IMG/VR virus record: IMGVR_UViG_3300030110_002923
Coordinates: 1 to 51,464 of that record
Source of the DNA: a virus
Lineage: Duplodnaviria > Caudoviricetes
DNA length: 51,464 nt
Strand: one strand, 5' to 3'
Numbering within the stretch: position 1 is the stretch's first letter; each line of letters opens with the position of its first letter. The notes below the pieces were generated by a model. It was not told where the DNA came from. It saw nothing but the letters and a program-made list of their open reading frames with translations, and made no database searches. This document shows positions 9,501-19,200 of this stretch, one piece after another. Position numbers and translations under genes: made by a program.

Positions 9501-12500
9501 TATCCTTTAGCTGCTGCAAATTCAGCTCTAGACCTGTAAGGGTCAAAATTAGGTATATCAATTCTTCTTACATTCTTTTTAGCTGTAGGAGAGTATACCA
9601 TATTATTTATAAAAACATCCCATTCTGCTTCTATTTGCTCTTCTGTTCTAAAAGTTCTTAATTGACCTTCTTTAACATTATAGTCGCCAATTAATCTTTC
9701 ACCAGTTTGTTTAGCTGCAGATTTGTATACAATCATATGCACACCAGCATCTTTCATTTGCTGAGTTGCTTCTGGCCCAACAGAATGCATCATATACTTG
9801 CCTAATAAAGCACCTTTATTAACTTCTCCTTTAGCAGTATATTCAGGCGTATTGTCTACAATAAAAGACTTTTGTTGTCCAGAAGCTGGATGACCTGCGT
9901 CTTTATTAATAACATCTATATAATCATCTCTTACTAGTATAGCTCCATCTTGGTCTTCGCCTAATTGAGTACTTCTTGCCTTTAATACAGATTTTTTTAA
10001 AGCATCTGGTAGTAGGGGGTCATCTACTAACATATATTTTACATTACCTCTAGGAGACAAATCATCTAATATAATTTTTCCATTTTTATCTACAGCATTT
10101 TTAATAAAATCTTTACTACCACCATATCCATTTGTCATCCATATTTGATGTCTTTTATTAAACGCTACTGCACTACCTATAAATCCATCGCCCATTATCT
10201 TATTTATGTTCTCAGGCGTAAATTTGTATCCATTTAAAGACAAATCATATCTCATGTTAGATACTACCATTCTTTCAAAATCCTCTGGTTTTACACCATA
10301 CCAAAACTCCATACGCTTTTTTTCACTATTTAAGTTAGCGAGAATATTCTTATCTTTAGTTCCTCTTCTTATAGCGTTTATTAGCTGTCTGTATTGCAAT
10401 TTAATACCTGTAGTATTCTCACCTTTTAAAGCTGGATGTAATTTGGCAAATACTATTCTACCTTTATCTCCTTGTCCACCAAAAGGATATAAATTGTCTG
10501 ACTTATAAACTTTTCTTATAATATCGCCTATAATATTATCTGCAGCTTTTTCAGCATCTTCTTCTGTATATCTTCTTTTTGTAATAGGGTCTATTTCATT
10601 AAATTGCAAGTGCTTTGCTAATCTATTTAAAGGAACGTCTATAGTAAAGTTTCGTTTACTTTTTCTAGCTACAGTATCAAATATAACAATAGGACTTTTG
10701 CTAGCTCCTTTCTCAAGCTTTCCGCCTTCATTTAAATAAACTTCTTCCAAAATCTTAGGAGATTCTACTTGTCTTATTGACATACCTGTAGCAGTTGTAG
10801 GCCTGTTAGGATTTGTAAAACCTGGAGCTTCATTTGCTCCCCCAGTAGTTTTAATTTTTATAACTTGTTTGCCTAGGTTAGCTTCTCTAATCCATTTCCT
10901 TAATTCTAATTTTCCTTTTTCAGATAACTCGAATTTCTTATTATTTGTACTAAAAACTCTTTCCATAACTTTAACAGCTTGGTCTATATTTACATTTTTA
11001 TCACCTTTTTTAGAGTATTTTCTAACAATAGTATCTACTACTTTACCCATATCTAGCATACTATTTCTTTTACTCTGCCCAACACCATCTTTGTCCCATA
11101 GTTCTTTCAGATGATTATTAGAAAACATTTCTCCTTTTTTCATTAAAGTATTGTTTTGAGGAGTAGAACCTGTGTCAATATCATTTATAATAATACCACT
11201 TGTCATATCAATATACTGTGTAGATTCTAACCCTTTATGTTTAAACTGTATATCTTTATATATATCATCTATTTCTTTAGATAATTCTTTTTCTTGTTGG
11301 GCAAGCTCTCTTGTTCTAACTTTTCCTAAACTAGCATCTTTTAAATCAGCTCTTACGTCTTTTAAAAGAAGTTTCTTTTTATCTATTTGTCTATTTAACT
11401 CACCTACATTTTCTAAAGTTCTTTGATGCATTAACTTAGTTTCTTCTTCAGTCAAGCCTTTATCTTTAGTAGGAGTTTTCTTTTTTCCAAAAGTTGCATC
11501 AGCTACAGCTATCATAGCTTTATGTTCAGGGGACCCTGCTCGTATTTCTCTACTTCCTATTACAGCAGGATTTCTTCTTAATTTAGGGGTGTAGTTTATA
11601 GCCTTAAATCTATTGACTTCAGGAGTCCATCTAAACCAACTTTTTTCTGGAGGGTGATATACATAAACTTCTTGCAATCCTTTGTCTAAAGCCATTTGAA
11701 CAGCCCAACCAGTACCACCTTTTACTGTCCTTTTATTTCCTTCTAATTCAGCAACAGCGTATACAGAATTAGCACCTTTTATTTGAAAATAGTTTCTAGC
11801 TATTAATTCATAAGCCCAATCACCATATTTGGTTATTTCGCCTCTTTTTAAAGTTCTATTAGCTTCTTCTAATGCTGAACCAGCTTCTAATAATTCTTTG
11901 CTACTAACTCCTCTATCAACACCTTTTACATTGCCTTTTTTTAAAGCTTCAAAAAACTCTGGTATTGTTTTTCTATGAGCAGTAGTTTCTGGCATCATAT
12001 GTATAGTTGCAAAACCTTTTTTACTTAAAACGGTACTCCATAGTCTATCAGCCCCTTTAGCTCCTCCAGACAAAGCTACTCCTAAAGTATCATCAGCTTT
12101 ATATTTAGTTCTTTTTTGTATACCTCTTCTAATAGCAGACAAAGCTTTATACCCATCTGTAGTTAAATTTTCTTTAGGTATTTGGTCTTTTATGCCATGC
12201 AAGTCCATAAGAAGTTCTGCTTGAGCTAAGTTACTTTTTCTAGTACCATGCTCTATTTTGCCTAACTCTACCATTTCTTTTCTTACAATTTCAGGAAACT
12301 CTTCAAACCTTTCCCAATCTTTTACTTGTCTTTCATTATCAAGTTTAGGGTCTTTTCTCATAGCCTTCCTAAACTCTTTCATATTATTTACAGCTTGCAT
12401 TTTAAACCAAGGCATTTCTTTAGAGCCAAAATATGCCCCAGCCAAATACTCATATATTTGTTCGGGTGTTGTAGCTCCCCTAGCTGTAGTAGGAAGTCCC

Positions 12501-13270
12501 ATAAACAATGAACCAGCCAAACCTTTTATAAATTTATCTCCAGTAGTAGTACCAGGCACCACATTACCAATTATTCTAAAAACACCACCAGCAGCAGCGC
12601 CACCCATAAAACTATGCATCATTTGGTCAACGCCATCCCACACAGAAGATACTGCACTAGCAGCTCCTAAATGAAAAGCTCCTTCCATTATATGTGCGGC
12701 TTTGTCTTTTAAAAAGAATTTAGAAGCCTCATCTGCTGCTTTCCATCTAGAATTCCTAGCTCCTTGTAAAACAGGTCTAACAATATTCTTCTTTGCAAGT
12801 TTAGTTATTTTATCAGCGGCTAGCATAGGAATAGATTTTAGTTGAGTAAGGCCAACAGCAGTTCTAGCAAGCTGACTACCACGTTGAGCAGCTTTCATTA
12901 CGCCTAATGCTTTAAGTGGAGAACTTAGTATACCTGGAACAAATCCAGCCAAATGACCTATATTTCTAGCTACTGCTTCATATTCGTTATCAGGTGGGTC
13001 TGCTATTCTTAATGTTGTAAAACCTTCTATAAAGCCACCACCAGCTTGTTGTAGTGCTTCTAATATAGAAAAGTCCCCTTCATAAAAAGGAACATTATGA
13101 TACATAGCGTGATTTCTAAGTTCGTCTAATTGTTGTTCTTGGAATCTCTGAGGAGTTCTATCATAAGCTTTTATAAGCTCACGAGTTCTTTTAGCATCGT
13201 AAGTAGGCTGCCATTGCTGTTGTTGCTGATTTACCTGTTGCTGAGGTATTTGCTGTTGTGGTATAGCCAC
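3503..13270 (-). CDS. Large virion/ejection polyprotein with two-barrel (DPBB) DNA-dependent RNA polymerase and SLOG-like domain
   Basis: GGADLDGDE catalytic loop (nt 8462-8476, ~aa 1599) preceded by VLRVP. Upstream DQDGAILVR, LLGKY and IVYKSAAK motifs. SGGAKGAD...RNYFQ...GGTGWAV SLOG-like block at ~aa 400-590. Sits at the end of the ejection cluster. Confidence 0.8.
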   Translation of the reverse strand: MAIPQQQIPQQQVNQQQQQWQPTYDAKRTRELIKAYDRTPQRFQEQQLDELRNHAMYHNVPFYEGDFSILEALQQAGGGFIEGFTTLRIADPPDNEYEAVARNIGHLAGFVPGILSSPLKALGVMKAAQRGSQLARTAVGLTQLKSIPMLAADKITKLAKKNIVRPVLQGARNSRWKAADEASKFFLKDKAAHIMEGAFHLGAASAVSSVWDGVDQMMHSFMGGAAAGGVFRIIGNVVPGTTTGDKFIKGLAGSLFMGLPTTARGATTPEQIYEYLAGAYFGSKEMPWFKMQAVNNMKEFRKAMRKDPKLDNERQVKDWERFEEFPEIVRKEMVELGKIEHGTRKSNLAQAELLMDLHGIKDQIPKENLTTDGYKALSAIRRGIQKRTKYKADDTLGVALSGGAKGADRLWSTVLSKKGFATIHMMPETTAHRKTIPEFFEALKKGNVKGVDRGVSSKELLEAGSALEEANRTLKRGEITKYGDWAYELIARNYFQIKGANSVYAVAELEGNKRTVKGGTGWAVQMALDKGLQEVYVYHPPEKSWFRWTPEVNRFKAINYTPKLRRNPAVIGSREIRAGSPEHKAMIAVADATFGKKKTPTKDKGLTEEETKLMHQRTLENVGELNRQIDKKKLLLKDVRADLKDASLGKVRTRELAQQEKELSKEIDDIYKDIQFKHKGLESTQYIDMTSGIIINDIDTGSTPQNNTLMKKGEMFSNNHLKELWDKDGVGQSKRNSMLDMGKVVDTIVRKYSKKGDKNVNIDQAVKVMERVFSTNNKKFELSEKGKLELRKWIREANLGKQVIKIKTTGGANEAPGFTNPNRPTTATGMSIRQVESPKILEEVYLNEGGKLEKGASKSPIVIFDTVARKSKRNFTIDVPLNRLAKHLQFNEIDPITKRRYTEEDAEKAADNIIGDIIRKVYKSDNLYPFGGQGDKGRIVFAKLHPALKGENTTGIKLQYRQLINAIRRGTKDKNILANLNSEKKRMEFWYGVKPEDFERMVVSNMRYDLSLNGYKFTPENINKIMGDGFIGSAVAFNKRHQIWMTNGYGGSKDFIKNAVDKNGKIILDDLSPRGNVKYMLVDDPLLPDALKKSVLKARSTQLGEDQDGAILVRDDYIDVINKDAGHPASGQQKSFIVDNTPEYTAKGEVNKGALLGKYMMHSVGPEATQQMKDAGVHMIVYKSAAKQTGERLIGDYNVKEGQLRTFRTEEQIEAEWDVFINNMVYSPTAKKNVRRIDIPNFDPYRSRAEFAAAKGYTYDKKTDSFKPLNVVQQGGLEFTGGKIYELNPESVKYSTSVIQDPHMEQKQVLVKQLFTNIHQFASTPIDKYTIEDIFQETIKKNFDGNEVYNKVLEEYRLTKSEDKIDFLVENLEELSTPKLIKTLKTPGAERFAELALQRMLRIVEKDIEMSFQDGETTAEQRAERIRQFTEAVSPIDRLLKNSAIVGEEANAAGETGYPAFMHKFVRDYKASVLHNYFVKSVTRPKIENSLLARMRPYDKWMQKDFKELDTNDTIFYLDDAYRNTKIRLDNGKYKELGKLWDKEQNNPDFAKYFNALVLRVPMDSISGAHKLQFKGFTGRKGHGIMLNSKTMRALGGADLDGDEAFVYLGGKNKDNSGYGMKEAWLNAIDANKNEYYNKAQTHVEDNKNAVIQHGPYKGQTFAQVLTVGAGKGNPLKESKALYYSPLARIMASQGAVKGRDMLGLAVSQSQVMKSTFNALMEADGKKDVFTVFKRGKNGGTFRVTVTPKFGKKDLAYQREMVRAQTAFASDPMDEAGLREPSHFFKTMYDSYFNVKFEKYNPKSKKYFKLDKEPKNWSQGDYYGDRSDYNKAPSLLGAFKNMNSAYFGRNWSEGRNYSMDEVNHLASDIGMLSEKQKNTILPKIVDTLEGLDWSDNLFRRVDRGAIEQTYAEINDIVTDKKGKFGNWLKDAMNRSTFTVTYNEHIKANLAHELHDPAVRRKIALRDDPASLKEFLNIVKHSVWGKEFEGYGGKEARLAKLYTYKERLSILEQMNRQAEDFLSNDVATMATIKSVKRILEKERMPIKDLKSISNAVAKFKARSYLSRKERVQLDYDAIAGTAKDKEHIEFVNALLGIKKNLQDIQGDKRSTVWDQKQLDAKIRQYKDGLKNDAQRELFDHLFIGTLDRGDMSKVNRLIKALPQKKASPVFRELMNKIIKETSRTTQSRLAFNSEEISPIAIQNHLKSMNNVFNKIWTPLDKPTFKATTMGVENVLDRNPINEQNLADDLVMSAHKGEGYAGIKKGEVNAEDKAVITEIATILKRYNNKLGNNIPDLNEQMRGISAEVDPEGMGKDLNTFTKQDFVQVRNFLREAESGTWFQNLRKNPTPDIMKRYYGMFPTTVNRELMAYDIKWLKQKQWYLTKSGRIKEGYVRRPTYFLEMLMNQAHEANSLAIGKAEVLAKDIENQFVNISELKEGNALFQIAVGQAELGMKQSIDKRRNLESDMKEHYKLNYDESRAATEKEFNWPKLKDKEFTLLNDNNKRIQATGQEIVNGNKEKSLTGIKNKVAQRFESLFPLMAGDGTSINRYKTGKYFDANKTQPRMNWKLFVEDMTKSLERGDDIPINLGIDGMRNIQRSMMYDLAKTPEQKATYKSWKIKATRPMDYTYYWPHMFFDKRTSELNVKRTLDFIRNNPNLNEKQKKSRIQSLLMRHNTITGEWEFQNIQDFDKVDVIEITEGLKDIAKKRGKATETVKWTDMNTSFGSMMQREGHVGGWSKDLSVMNAYVRNLTSTYFKQMNQIMSRKTIHDAKERMTKKFGNKLASKWEKYFKLYVQGAMGQPDVIPKKWYDDPDMKLKGTPYAWFADSTVLDRVNKVREKLGIRESDLPKELKDFTFQDIKHWSNMEAKFELASLLAHPKSAVTNIFGGSLHTIQSAGHGAFMKARDMKYLKRINPNFNSLQDVENWVVKKGVVPEFMIHELGLGQDATTKRSIESFIGELSSKINSKEPIERKEVLSLGKKYKLSDRMMSVASKFMSIPERTLRRDAFMAHYIRAWERFGGAITDPEHPFLIEMGKKGVKATQFLYEAPQRPMFARTALGKVMSRFQLYAWNSTRFRNDIIREAARYGFKPGTSAYEKFERTMTIDLLVLALGNMFMYSLFDNALPQPLSWFQDTADWLFGNERDRERAFFGVLPTAIAPLQMITPPITRFPIAGIMEWAKDDYTKFSDYQVYTMFPFGRIVRDLVQPGKGLIENPSRLLEKMAGMPLRDLQKFSTERKKKIEEGVRYNQPKVGF

Positions 13271-13271
13271 A

Positions 13272-14744
13272 TTATCTTCCTCCGAATACCATCTTATCTG
13301 GTCTTCTTATGCCTCCAGTTTCTTCTAAAGCATTTTTAGCAATCATTCCTAATTGATATATCGTATAAGCATTCATAGCCAATCCAAGGCCTGTGCCTAA
13401 TCCTCCAGTAAAACCAGTAAGAGCTCCTCCAGCTAACATTCTAGCTCCCATCATTGCCGCTGTTCTTGCTGGTAATTTAGTTGCTAGTAATTTTACTAAT
13501 TGTCCTCTTCCGTGTATTTGGGCATATCTAGTTAAGTATTTCATTGAGCTTTTTGCTCCTTTAGTAACAGCTTTGTTATTTGCCGAAGTAAGACCCTTAG
13601 TAGCAGTTTTAACAGACTTGCTTGCTGTCTTAACTTTTGCACCAGCTTTTTTAGCTTTTTCAAGCAAACTTTTACCTAATTCAGTATTATTGAATTTAGC
13701 TTTAGTAACTTCACTAGGACTTCTATGTAATGATTTAAATTTATTAAAAGCTTTGTCATACTTTTTACTTGCCGATGCTACACTTGGTTTAGTTTTTTTA
13801 AGATTTTCTTGTGCTTTCTTAAGTATATCTTGAGCTGTTTTTATTCTTTTTCTATCAGCTTTTCTTGATTTTTTACCAGTAAAATCAGCCTTACCTTTCA
13901 TTTTTTTAAGAGTGTCTGCTAATGCTTTTTGCCCTTTAGCTGATTTAATCCATTCAGAACGTCCAGCTCTACCGCTTTGAACCTTAAAAGGATTTATATC
14001 TTTTTCAAATTTTGAAAGAGCTGTTCTTAATATATCGCTTTCACCTCTATATCTTGCGAGTCCAGCTCCAGCTGCTCTTATTGCAGCAGTACCCCCAACT
14101 AATTCTGGCAAACCACTTCCCATTGCACCTGACACTGCTCCTCTTATAAATCCTTCAGGAGCATAACTTTGAGCTGCCATTTGCAAAGGACTTCCTTCTG
14201 GAGCATAAGTTGCTAAAAAGTTTTTTAAATGTGGATTATTATTGACAAACATTTGCATTTCTCTAGCAGATAATCCTTTATCTTCTTGATACTGCTCCAT
14301 CTTTTTCATAATTTGAGGCAAGTAACTTGCAAACATTTCATCGTATTGTTGTTTATAAGCTATAGGATTTAAAAATGGAGAAGATTGTATTTCTTTTTGC
14401 TCTTTTTTGGTTAATCCTGCCGTAGAAGCTAATCTATTACCCTCTGCATCAGTACCTCCTAAAAAATGCTGTCTTGCATTTAAATAAGCTCTTCCAGCAG
14501 TTCCGAAAGGCTTTGATAACAAACCACCTGGCATAAGCAATTGGTCTAAATCTTTATAAGCCAAATCTTCAAATGTATTTAATTGAGACTCCATGTGCTT
14601 ATTCCATTTTGCTTGTATATTAGCTTTTCTAGCCTCACCATGAGCGTCTACTATTCTACTTAAGTTCTCACCTATACCTCTTAAATCAGGAGCGCCTCCT
14701 GCATAACTTCTTGCATAACCTGAAAAATCTATACCATTTGACAT
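13272..14744 (-). CDS. Putative internal virion/ejection protein
   Basis: Helical and Lys/Ala-rich, with a Gly-rich hydrophobic C-terminus; lies between ejection-type genes. Confidence 0.6.
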   Translation of the reverse strand: MSNGIDFSGYARSYAGGAPDLRGIGENLSRIVDAHGEARKANIQAKWNKHMESQLNTFEDLAYKDLDQLLMPGGLLSKPFGTAGRAYLNARQHFLGGTDAEGNRLASTAGLTKKEQKEIQSSPFLNPIAYKQQYDEMFASYLPQIMKKMEQYQEDKGLSAREMQMFVNNNPHLKNFLATYAPEGSPLQMAAQSYAPEGFIRGAVSGAMGSGLPELVGGTAAIRAAGAGLARYRGESDILRTALSKFEKDINPFKVQSGRAGRSEWIKSAKGQKALADTLKKMKGKADFTGKKSRKADRKRIKTAQDILKKAQENLKKTKPSVASASKKYDKAFNKFKSLHRSPSEVTKAKFNNTELGKSLLEKAKKAGAKVKTASKSVKTATKGLTSANNKAVTKGAKSSMKYLTRYAQIHGRGQLVKLLATKLPARTAAMMGARMLAGGALTGFTGGLGTGLGLAMNAYTIYQLGMIAKNALEETGGIRRPDKMVFGGR

Positions 14745-15472
14745 TAACTTATCCTCTCACAATTTACATCTAATTTGTTATAATCTACCCATAAATAGCC
14801 ATCTTTATTTAAGAATGAAGCATTAGGTACTTCTTGAGCTATTACGCCTTTATAACGACCTTTTCCATAAGATTTATCTTTATAGTCAAATTCGTATATA
14901 TTTATACCTGAGGGTGATTTGTCTACTAATTCAATATTTTCTTTTAATGCAATATCACTACCCATTGCTGAACCAGCAGCACCTAATCCTGCTTCTATCA
15001 ATCCTGTTACTATGCCTACGTTTTGTTGACGTCTTTCATTTGCTGCATTTACTTGTTGCATATACATATTTGACTGTCTTTCTCCTTGGTCTCTTCTAGA
15101 TGCCATAGAATCTCCAAACATACTCATTCCAGTATTAAATTGAGAGTTTAATAATCCTTGCATCTGAGAACCTAATTGATTTCTTGAAGTACTCATATTA
15201 GCAGATTGTTGCATTGCTAACTGCCCTTGGGATACATTACCCATAGCAGCTGCAGACATCAGCCCTTGATTTTGAGCTGTAGCCATATCAAAATTTTGTT
15301 GTCTTACTTGGCTTTGTAGTTGCCTATTTCTTTGAGAATTAGGGTCCATAGCATCACGAGCAAACTTTTCTTGCTCATCAACCATTGAATCATATTTAGA
15401 CATATGACTATTAATTATATTGGGGTCCATCCTTTTTCTTTCCCCAAATAATGCATCACTAAACCAACCCAT
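14744..15472 (-). CDS. Putative ejection protein with C-terminal peptidase S74 (intramolecular chaperone) domain
   Basis: Gln/Met/Ala-rich N-terminus, Gly/Ala hydrophobic stretch, then SDIALKENI...IYEFDY...GVIAQEV...VDYNKL. Confidence 0.75.
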   Translation of the reverse strand: MGWFSDALFGERKRMDPNIINSHMSKYDSMVDEQEKFARDAMDPNSQRNRQLQSQVRQQNFDMATAQNQGLMSAAAMGNVSQGQLAMQQSANMSTSRNQLGSQMQGLLNSQFNTGMSMFGDSMASRRDQGERQSNMYMQQVNAANERRQQNVGIVTGLIEAGLGAAGSAMGSDIALKENIELVDKSPSGINIYEFDYKDKSYGKGRYKGVIAQEVPNASFLNKDGYLWVDYNKLDVNCERIS

Positions 15473-15489
15473 TAAATCCTCCTAGATTT

Positions 15490-15528
15490 TATCATTATAA
15501 TATACGCATATTTAATGCTGTAAAACAA
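15490..15528 (-). promoter_or_regulatory. Putative sigma70-like promoter for the ejection operon
   Basis: Minus strand TTGTTT-18-TATATT(ATAAT), followed by AGGAGG and the ATG at 15472. Confidence 0.4.
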
Positions 15529-15529
15529 G

Positions 15530-16279
15530 TTATTTCCATATCAAAACTCTTACACTTCCGTCTTGCCATTGCTCGCCATCGCAATTACTAGTAGCTGATG
15601 GCAATGGAATTGCTGCAAGAGAAGAACTGTCTCCTCCATAAAGATAAACTCTTGTATCGTCTACAAACAAACCTAAACCATCATTATAGTTATGGCCTCT
15701 TCCATTTTTTATAGGCGTAAAAAAAGTTACTGCGTTTGTAGCTTGGCCTGGTGCAAAATAGCCTATTATCATAGTAGGAAGAACTCCTAATCCATGCTCT
15801 ATTTTAAGAGGAGAATCTGCATTTGTATCATGGTCTGCTCTTGTCCATGTTTGCCAACCACTATCATAATCTGCTCTAGCCATTATAAATTTATCAGCTT
15901 TTTCATCATATATAGTTTGTTCTGCTAATTTATCACCTGTAGTAGTATCATTTGTTTCTATTTCGTCAATAGATTTATCTTGGTCTTTAAATGCAGGTTT
16001 GCTTTTAAACTTAACAGCACTATCCCCTATTACTGGAGTTTTCCAACCTTCTTCTGTTCTTATTTCAAAAGTATAGCTTTTATCTTTATTCTGAGTTATT
16101 TGAATATCACCAGTCTTTCCTTCTTCGTCTGATATTTCGGTCTCTGCTTTATTTGAAACAGATATAGTCAAATCATTTAATGCTTTTTCTATTTCTTGTA
16201 ATGACTTTTGAACATCGTCAAATGTTGATACTTTAGATAATATTCTTATTGCATTTTCGCTTTCTCGATTATTTATCAT
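15530..16279 (-). CDS. Putative tail fibre/tail-associated protein
   Basis: N-terminal coiled coil, then YDSGW...IEHGLGVLP...VRVLIWK beta-domain typical of tail appendages; coupled to the large tail gene. Confidence 0.55.
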   Translation of the reverse strand: MINNRESENAIRILSKVSTFDDVQKSLQEIEKALNDLTISVSNKAETEISDEEGKTGDIQITQNKDKSYTFEIRTEEGWKTPVIGDSAVKFKSKPAFKDQDKSIDEIETNDTTTGDKLAEQTIYDEKADKFIMARADYDSGWQTWTRADHDTNADSPLKIEHGLGVLPTMIIGYFAPGQATNAVTFFTPIKNGRGHNYNDGLGLFVDDTRVYLYGGDSSSLAAIPLPSATSNCDGEQWQDGSVRVLIWK

Positions 16280-19200
16280 TTAGTAGATTTCCTTCTATAA
16301 ATTATACCTATAGAGTCGATAGGCTTTGTCATATCTTCTAATTTAAATTGTATCCACCTGCCTTTCTTATTAGTGCTTTTAAGTCTATATTCTGAGTGAT
16401 TACCAGGTTTTGATTTGTAAGTTACATCAGAGCTAGATATATCCCCTTCACTTGTCTTAACAAGTAATCTATCGCTACTCTCTTTATAACTACCACCTAA
16501 ATTTAAATCATCTTGTATTCCATTGATTTTAACTTTATTATAAACTTTTAATATAGAATCTTCTTCCATAGTCATTTTCTTACTAAGCCAAGTATAATCT
16601 CTTTTAGTATTGCCACCTTTAAACTCGTATAATGCATTGTTTATAGGTATTAATACTGCTCCCTTGTCTGCTATTAATGGTACACCTACAGAAACATCTT
16701 CACCTACCTCCCATAAATCCCATCTATTTTTTCCTAAGTTATATGACCAGCAAAACTCTTTTTCTTTTGTTAAAGCTGTATTAGAATCATAGTCTATATG
16801 AGATACAAAGAATAAAACACTAGACGATGCAGAGTCATAAGATACATAAGGAATTTTAGAAAGCTCATTACCTACTACACTTTGCCAACTTATATCTTTA
16901 ATATTATCAGTACCGCCCCATTCATTATCTGTATCACCACCTTGTTCTATGGCTCCAGAAATCTTTTTAGGAGAGTTTCCATCATGAAAATAAGCTCCAT
17001 TTTTATCAGCAAAAAACATACCATATTCTGTTACTATAAGGCTATCTTTAGACAAACAACCTACTCCTTCGTATATGTCCTCAATGCTCATACTTCTTTG
17101 ATTTATTCTATATGTATTAACATTGTCAAACGCATACAACCTTCCACCAAAATTAACTAATGCAGTAGGCTTAGATTTTAATTGTAAAAAGTCAAATGCA
17201 TAGTCAAATACACTGAATTGCCCAGGCTTAGACCTAAATATCTGATTTTCAGCATTGTCTATATTTTCGTGAGAACAGTCTCCTGCAAATAAAAATCCAT
17301 CTATTTCTGCAGATATTCCATATTTTAATTTAATAGTATCTAAAACTTCGCTTCTACCTGTTCTTGCATTGTAACTTGCTTGTACAGGGCCTCTGTCTTC
17401 TATAGTTCTTTTATAAACTGTTCCATCATAATTCCATCCTGAAATAGTTGTGATTTGCTCTACTAATCTGAAAAAATCATTAGAATTATCTCTTCTATAC
17501 AAACATACTGCTGTTAATCTTCTGCTATAATTCAATACAGATATTTCTATGTTTAATGCTTTCCTTGTTTTATCTGTGTCTCTAAAGGACCAAGTAGAAT
17601 TTGACAAAGGACCTTCTTGATAACCGTCATACATTAAAGATATTTTATAATCATAACGATTGTTCTTTAAGAAGTAATCACCTGTCTCATCTCCTAAAGA
17701 AGGACTAGATATTTTAACAGCCGCATCTGTGCTATTAAGATATTTATTTGCTGCAGAAGCTGTATCATTATCAGTTCTAATTACATTACCTTGCGATTGT
17801 CCTGTATCCCAAGCATTAAATCCAGCTCTTATTTCAGCAGCTGCTCCAACACCAGATGTACTCATGACAATATTTTCCCATTGATTAGTAGTAACTGGAA
17901 TATCATCTGCATTATCGTCTGTTGAGTTAGCGTTTAATACATCAAACTGAACTCCTGTTACATCTTGTATTTTATAAATTCCGTCTAAAGTTCCTTCTCC
18001 AGCATTAATAGTGACTGTATCTCCATTTGCCATTAAATGATTTGCGTCTAAATAAACTCTAGCTTCTCCGCTAGAAACAGCAGCATCTATACCTGGATTT
18101 CCATCTCTTCCAACATAAGATTTTGTTTTTCTCATATCCAATCCGCCAAACGTAGATAATATTAAAGGTTGTGCTGAATCTACTTTAACAGGATTAGATA
18201 CAGAAGAATCGTTGTTTCCTAATTCTACTAAAGTCCATGTACCTGTTTCGTTAGCAGTGCCAGTATGACTAAATGTAAATTTCTTAGGGTCAGTTACAGT
18301 TACTTTAAACACATCGTTATAACTAGAACTACCACTTACTTCTATAACATCATTTGTTGATAAATTGTGTATAGCACTAGTAGTTACAGTTAGAACTGTG
18401 CCTGAGCCACTTGTACTTGCTATAGCTCCAGTACTTTTATATATAGGAGCACCTAATGTAGGGTCTGCTTTTAAAGCAACTGTATTGTCTCCATCTAAGT
18501 TAAAACTATAATCTAATTCTTTTTCTTTAAACAATCTAAGAGGAGATGTACAAGCATTTCTATGCGACCATATATAAAAGAAATCGTCATTTGCTGGAGC
18601 ATGTCCAAATGGAAAATGCACTCCTAAAAATAATGTTGTACTTACAACAGAAGATAGTATTTGTCTAGTTTGCATTGTACCTGTAACAGCGTCTACTATA
18701 GTAATCATTTGTCCAGAAAATCCATTCTCTACGCCACCCATCTCTATAAATTTATTCTTACCATGCAATTCGCATTCTGAGCCTGTAATCTCAATAACAG
18801 GGCAATTTGCTGCGTTTTTGTGTACATTAGTAGTAGTTGCTTGACTTGTTATATATGACGTTATTTTGCCTGATAATATCGGCTCAAATGAAGTATATTG
18901 CTCGTTAAACTCATTAGTAGTCAAAGTAGCACTAGAACCTCTTTTATAACTATTTTTTACTTCTTGTGATAATACATCAGGATATTCTAATGTAGGGTCA
19001 CATACATATAATCTACTTTTATTGCTTTCATCTTGAGTTTCTTCCATTGGAGAAGTAATAAATATTTTACTAGCAAATTGATTATTTACATTACCGCCTT
19101 GGTTGTTGTGAGTAGCACTACCATTTTCTACGTGATATATAGGATTAGGTCTTACAGGCGAATCTATATAAGTACCTCTACCTATTATTAAATCTTCAAA

